A stretch of DNA of 64,000 nucleotides. It comes from a virus. Its lineage: Duplodnaviria > Caudoviricetes. Below the pieces are notes generated by a model. That model worked only from the letters and a program-made list of their open reading frames with translations, was not told where the DNA came from and did not search any database. Made by a program: the position numbers and the translations under genes. Numbering within the stretch: position 1 is the stretch's first letter; every line of letters starts with the position of its first letter. The stretch lies in the IMG/VR virus record IMGVR_UViG_3300020148_000032. One strand, given 5' to 3'. Of this stretch, positions 59,440-64,000 are shown one piece after another.

Positions 59440-60240
59440 TTACTTGCGTAGTTTAGATATATTATCAGGTAGATGTGCGAGCGTCGAATCTATAAGGTTT
59501 TTATAAGACCCGTCTCGAATCTCGTCTTCCCATATGTCTATTATTATTATACCGAATTGTTGTGCAGCTAGTTCTTTTTTAAGTAAATGATAACTAGGTC
59601 CATTTTTGAAACGGGTATCGTTTTCTTTTAAAGAGAGTGGGATAGAGTCAGAGTATTTGTCATGTGTTTTGAAGTCTTGTATTTCGAACCCTATATTGTA
59701 ATCTTCTAGTAATATGTCTATTTCAAGAAGGGTATTTTTGTATTTGATTGGTCGAGTGTTTCTTTTGTAAGAAATGTTTAGAGAATCGAGGTATGAGCAG
59801 ATTGGGTCTTCTAAAGACGCTTTCTTTTTATTATCTAGGTGGGGTAGAGCAGAGTTTCTTATTTTAGTAATTCCAAAATAGAGTAAGTAATCTACTCGTG
59901 TTGGTAAACGTTGATTATTTTTGTGGAAGTCTTTTGCCCATTGTTGAGGGTTTTCGTAGTAATGCTTGATTTCTTGATTTACGTTTTTTGTTGATTTGTT
60001 TAAATTGAGACATGTTTGAGAGCAGTATTCTTTTGTTCGTGATTTGATGATTGGAAACTTTTGTTGACATGTAGGGCATTTTCTTGTGTGTTTTCCACAG
60101 TTTTTAGTATTACTAGTTGTTGTGGGGAACTCTTTTTCGCAAATGTTACATTTTCTGGTTTTTGTTTTTAAATGTCGGAGATTGTGAATTGCTGTGCATC
60201 TTTTTCCGCAGAGTTTCTTAGTAGAGAGCGAACATTGTCT
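59440..60240 (-). CDS. Zn-finger plus PD-(D/E)xK/Vsr-like putative homing endonuclease; 266-codon frame with no ATG/GTG/TTG start (missed by ORF track)
   Basis: Hand translation: CNICEKEF, CPTCQQKF, YCSQTC, S.LE..I..YL, EIDI...IGFEIQ, YH..K...GI.II.IWEDE. Confidence 0.7.
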   Translation of the reverse strand, partial: RQCSLSTKKLCGKRCTAIHNLRHLKTKTRKCNICEKEFPTTTSNTKNCGKHTRKCPTCQQKFPIIKSRTKEYCSQTCLNLNKSTKNVNQEIKHYYENPQQWAKDFHKNNQRLPTRVDYLLYFGITKIRNSALPHLDNKKKASLEDPICSYLDSLNISYKRNTRPIKYKNTLLEIDILLEDYNIGFEIQDFKTHDKYSDSIPLSLKENDTRFKNGPSYHLLKKELAAQQFGIIIIDIWEDEIRDGSYKNLIDSTLAHLPDNISKLRK

Positions 60241-60569
60241 CTATATTTAAGATATTCGCCGTTTACCTTATTTTCTATTTCTGATAACTCTTTGTTATTT
60301 TGTATAAGCTCTAACACATCGTACAAAACGGCAAATTTCTCTAGATCTGTTTTATCCTCCCAACCTTTTTGCTCCCAAGGGGTTAAGTTTTTTGAAATTT
60401 TAGAGAAACTATTCTCGTATTCTTTACTTAGTTTTTGCATATACATGATTGATGCTTCGGCAGGGGTCGCTGCATCGAAGTGAGAGTCAGCGCCTCCGAA
60501 TGGGCAGTTCACTTTAGTTGCTTTACAAATAGCAATGTCGCCGTTAGAATTTAAATGATATTTCGCCAT
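60168..60569 (-). CDS. HCCH-module protein, short paralogue of 61665-62951
   Basis: CKATKVNCP.GG..HFDA...EA...YMQ.L..EYE...L.PW...W shared. Confidence 0.75.
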   Translation of the reverse strand: MAKYHLNSNGDIAICKATKVNCPFGGADSHFDAATPAEASIMYMQKLSKEYENSFSKISKNLTPWEQKGWEDKTDLEKFAVLYDVLELIQNNKELSEIENKVNGEYLKYRDNVRSLLRNSAEKDAQQFTISDI

Positions 60570-60596
60570 AAGAATAGTTCTTTATCGTAATATAAG

Positions 60597-60614
60597 TTTT
60601 TCTATATAGAAAAA
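60597..60614. promoter_or_regulatory. Perfect 18-bp palindrome TTTTTCTATATAGAAAAA; putative back-to-back promoter box
   Basis: Supplies TAGAAAA on both strands, 35 and 33 nt upstream of the divergent module genes. Confidence 0.65.
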
Positions 60615-60639
60615 TATATGATTAATTTTAGGAGATAAG

Positions 60640-61464
60640 ATGACTGTTAAGTATCATATTAGTGCTGATGGTAATGTTCGCCAGTGTCGCGCCAAAACTC
60701 CAGATTCGTGTAGAGCTACAAAAACAGGGTTCAATGATCATTTTGATGATAAAGATTCTGCACGAAAAGCTTATGAGGACAAGCAACGTGAGCAAATGAA
60801 TAAAATAATGTCTACATTTAATAAAATGGAAAAGAAAGAAACTGTTGCTTCTAACGCGAATGTTACAGCTGAGGTTCTTGCACATCAAGAAGTTTTGAAA
60901 AAAGCGGAATCCATTTTATCTAAAATTACCCCGCAAGATAAAGACGAACGCGGATATTATGAAAGCGATCTTTATTATCCACTTTTCGTTAATTCGAAAA
61001 GGTGTATTGAGGGAACTCGAGAGATAAAAGATACTGTCAAATATGATCCAAAAGTGGTGTCAAGTTACACTAACTTTATTGTTTCTTTAAACACATTTGA
61101 ATTGATAAAATCTGGGTCTAAGATAGATTCAGACGTGAAAAAATCATTCCAAGACTTGTATAAGAAAGCTATTCTTGCTAGAGAGAAAATTGCGGGAGTT
61201 GAGGGTTTCCCTAAAGTAGACTTGGTTGAATTTGTAAAAAATGCTGCTTCTAATGACTCTAGAACTAAATTATTGAACCTTAGAAATGAATCTATTTTAG
61301 CTCATGCAGCTTTTGATATTCACAGAGGAATTCCATTGGGGACCAGCATGAAACTAGACCCTGATTATTTGAACGAGTACCCACGGGCACGCAAACTTTT
61401 AAGACAGAATGATAGACTCAATCAATTAAGGAAGAAATTAGGTCTGAAGGAAACAGGCTTTTAA
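60640..61464 (+). CDS. HCCH-module protein, paralogue of 63097-63999
   Basis: HIS.DGNVRQCRA.TP.SCRAT...HFD; shared FDIHRG.PLGT. Confidence 0.8.
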   Translation: MTVKYHISADGNVRQCRAKTPDSCRATKTGFNDHFDDKDSARKAYEDKQREQMNKIMSTFNKMEKKETVASNANVTAEVLAHQEVLKKAESILSKITPQDKDERGYYESDLYYPLFVNSKRCIEGTREIKDTVKYDPKVVSSYTNFIVSLNTFELIKSGSKIDSDVKKSFQDLYKKAILAREKIAGVEGFPKVDLVEFVKNAASNDSRTKLLNLRNESILAHAAFDIHRGIPLGTSMKLDPDYLNEYPRARKLLRQNDRLNQLRKKLGLKETGF

Positions 61465-61605
61465 ACAGATTTGAGACATTGTTATTCTAGAATTTGTAGT
61501 TCTATTCTTTACATACAAAAGACTGTTAGACTGCAAGAGACTGACAAAGAGAGCGTATTCTACACCTTTAATTAGGTAAATAATTCTTTCTAGAGAGTAT
61601 TTTAT

Positions 61606-61652
61606 AAAAGAAAGCCGGCGTAAGTTACTTTACATTACGCCGGCTTTCTTTT
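61606..61652. terminator. Bidirectional intrinsic terminator
   Basis: AAAAGAAAGCCGGCGTAA...TTACGCCGGCTTTCTTTT. Confidence 0.85.
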
Positions 61653-61664
61653 TAATTCTTGTGA

Positions 61665-62951
61665 TTAAAAATCAACATATGGCGACCCTTCACCAACATA
61701 TTCTTTATTTTTGAGTCGATTAAGAAGATGTTTCTTTTGAGCTCTACTAAGTTTGAGTTTACGAGGTTTTGCCTCTAAAAGAGCATTAATTCCTCTTAAA
61801 GAAAGGTGAGGGCTTGTGACAAAAGAATCAATGACTTCTCTATCGTCAGAGTGTAATACTATTTGTCTTACATGAGCATTGTGAAAGTTAGGGTTTTTTG
61901 ATAATTGTATTAGTCTTTTCTTTGCGAAATTTTTGTAATTTTTATCTGTATGAGATAGGCTCATCTCAATAGCAAACCTTTCAACATAACTAGAACTTAT
62001 ATCCCTAGTTTTTTCGGCTAGCTCGTCAGCAGCTTTAGAATCATTAAGATAATATGATTCAAGTATTAAATCAGCTCGCGAAGAATTTTTTACTATTTTC
62101 TCTGTTAAAGAGTTATTTGAGTGACCATTACGTTTTAATCTTAATACCTCGTAAGAAAGATCATAATTATCGGCCAATTCTTTATCAGTTACAATTTGAG
62201 TGAAAGCTTCTATATCTTTTTCAGAACCGTCTTTCAAGATATAATAACCAGCTTCACTCACTCCGTTTTCTTTCATTTTTGTAAGAACTTCTTTTCTTTT
62301 CTCATCATTAAGAGTTTTAAGATATGCTTTTAGCTTGTACGGACGAGTATAGTCATCTTCAGTAAACTCTTTACCGTTAGAGTACTCATCGGCGAGTTCT
62401 TGTATAGACTTGTTTTCAAATTCTTCATCAATTTCTCTATTATATTGATCAAGATAATCTTTCATTGTTGCAGTAAAGAGAACTCTTCTCCCTTGTGCTG
62501 GTGAGAGATTCTTGTTTCCTATGAGTCTTAAAGGGTTCACTATTTCTGGATTGTTAAGGTAATCGTCAAAAGTTTTTTCGTCTTCTGCATAAAATATTTC
62601 TGCATTGAGCTCTCCTGTAGCTTCAGAAATTCTGTATCGAACCTCAGAATAAAGATCTTCATTATCTAGTACTCCTTTTTTGTGAAGTGCTGATTCTATT
62701 TCTTTGAGTATTATTATTTTTTGGACATAGGTGAGAGAATTCCACGAAGTTTTAATCCATGGCTTGAGAGCGTTATGAGTTTGTAAAATTTTTCCTTCGT
62801 ACTCATCATTCAATCTTTGCATGTATTGAACATTAGCCTCTTGAGCATTATTTGCATCAAAATGTAACTCTTCTCCCCCAAGCGGACAATTCACTTTAGT
62901 GGCTTTACAAAGGGTGATTTCGCCTTTTTTATTAACGTGGTATTTAGACAT
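61665..62951 (-). CDS. HCCH-module protein with helical-repeat-like cargo
   Basis: MSKYHVNKKGEITLCKATKVNCPLGGEELHF; helical body with N.N(L/F)-type turns. Confidence 0.8.
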   Translation of the reverse strand: MSKYHVNKKGEITLCKATKVNCPLGGEELHFDANNAQEANVQYMQRLNDEYEGKILQTHNALKPWIKTSWNSLTYVQKIIILKEIESALHKKGVLDNEDLYSEVRYRISEATGELNAEIFYAEDEKTFDDYLNNPEIVNPLRLIGNKNLSPAQGRRVLFTATMKDYLDQYNREIDEEFENKSIQELADEYSNGKEFTEDDYTRPYKLKAYLKTLNDEKRKEVLTKMKENGVSEAGYYILKDGSEKDIEAFTQIVTDKELADNYDLSYEVLRLKRNGHSNNSLTEKIVKNSSRADLILESYYLNDSKAADELAEKTRDISSSYVERFAIEMSLSHTDKNYKNFAKKRLIQLSKNPNFHNAHVRQIVLHSDDREVIDSFVTSPHLSLRGINALLEAKPRKLKLSRAQKKHLLNRLKNKEYVGEGSPYVDF

Positions 62952-63096
62952 AAAGTTCTCCTTAAAGATATTGTCTTTTCTATATAAAAAAAACTTTAAT
63001 GAACTTAAATTATTTTTTTAAAATACCCCTTATTCTTATTCCTTCTAATAAGTATTTAGAAAAGGATTCATCAAATGAATTATAAGGAGTGAATTT

Positions 63097-63999
63097 ATGA
63101 GTAACAAATTTCATATAAGCCCTGATGGTAATGTGCGCCAATGCCGAGCACAAACACCTGAGTCATGTAGAGCTACTGTTAGTAGATTCAAAGAACATTT
63201 TGACACTAAAGAAGAGGCAAGAGAGGGCTATGAAGCGAAAATGAAGAAGCTTTACCCGCAGGCAGGGATAGTTAAGAGAGCAACCGCCCCTAATCCCACT
63301 GCACCGAAAAAGTACAAGTTTAAATTTAATGATGAAGACCTTAAAGAAATAGCAGAACTTGAAGGTGAAATTAAAAACATAAAGGATATTATTCAGGAAG
63401 AAAAAGAAATCATGTATGGTTTCCAAAAAAGCGAGTTCTCCATTATTAAAGTAACTTCTCCAAAAGCTTTAGTGAGAAGAACTAAACATATAAAACCTAG
63501 TGTTAAGCACCCTGAAGATGTAAAAAAAGCTTATATAAACCTTGCAACCGCATTAAAAGATATTAAAGATTTACCTAAAAGAGATGTAACTCCTGACGAA
63601 ATAAGGAACACTTTTAAAAGATTGAAGGAAAGTTCAGAAATCGCTCAGAATTCTTTGAAAACAGATTTACTTTCCGAATTTAACTTTAGAAAGCTTCCTG
63701 AAATCCTTACTAATACACATAATTCTCGCACTTACTTTAGCCAAGATTATAAAATAACAAAAATGTTAGATCGAATTGGATTTGATATCCATCGGGGTTT
63801 CCCATTGGGGACTACACATAGAAACGTTGAAGATTTCGTAGAAGAATATCTAGAAAAAGAAAGAATTAAACGGAAAGCTCGTGAGGCTCGAAAGCAAACG
63901 ATTACAGACATTCTTAAAGAAGAAGCCGAGAGTGTAGCAAAGGAAGAGAAAAAGAATAGAAGAGACAATATTTTGTCAAGAATCTTTAATAGATCTTAA
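63097..63999 (+). CDS. HCCH-module protein, paralogue of 60640-61464
   Basis: Shared module and FDIHRG.PLGT motif; AGGAG RBS. Confidence 0.8.
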   Translation: MSNKFHISPDGNVRQCRAQTPESCRATVSRFKEHFDTKEEAREGYEAKMKKLYPQAGIVKRATAPNPTAPKKYKFKFNDEDLKEIAELEGEIKNIKDIIQEEKEIMYGFQKSEFSIIKVTSPKALVRRTKHIKPSVKHPEDVKKAYINLATALKDIKDLPKRDVTPDEIRNTFKRLKESSEIAQNSLKTDLLSEFNFRKLPEILTNTHNSRTYFSQDYKITKMLDRIGFDIHRGFPLGTTHRNVEDFVEEYLEKERIKRKAREARKQTITDILKEEAESVAKEEKKNRRDNILSRIFNRS

Positions 64000-64000
64000 T

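Overview
This window looks like part of a large, AT-rich extrachromosomal element (megaplasmid or jumbo-phage-like), probably from a Gram-positive host and plausibly an actinobacterium. The host call rests on TcpE/VirB4-type transfer genes, actinophage-like small proteins and apparently leaderless genes. No capsid, terminase, rRNA, tRNA or CRISPR was recognised. Layout: (i) 1-21 kb, short phage-style accessory ORFs with consensus sigma70/SigA promoters, paralogous families, tdk, a nucleotidyltransferase, a deoxyribosyltransferase-like protein, a GNAT and a HAD; (ii) about 21.2-25 kb, a gene-poor region ending in a GC-rich, hairpin-rich island at a sharp CA-to-GT strand-skew switch (candidate origin); (iii) a 1006-aa replication-relaxation-like protein followed by PilT; (iv) rarA, hsp20, SLOG and an NAD-dependent ligase; (v) a mixed Tad-pilus / RusA / TcpE / VirB4-like gene run; (vi) radA, gyrA and gyrB with flanking endonuclease genes. 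The most striking signal is that ten proteins with mostly unrelated bodies, including the DNA ligase, start with the same ~40-aa H-x9/10-C-x5/7-C-x5/10-H module. Nine of the ten genes carry a TAGA(A/T)A box 30-43 nt upstream, and one RBS-plus-module unit was duplicated at DNA level with identity ending exactly at the module boundary. I infer a portable, co-regulated N-terminal sorting tag for proteins delivered by the element. All family assignments are from motif recognition by eye; no database searches were run.
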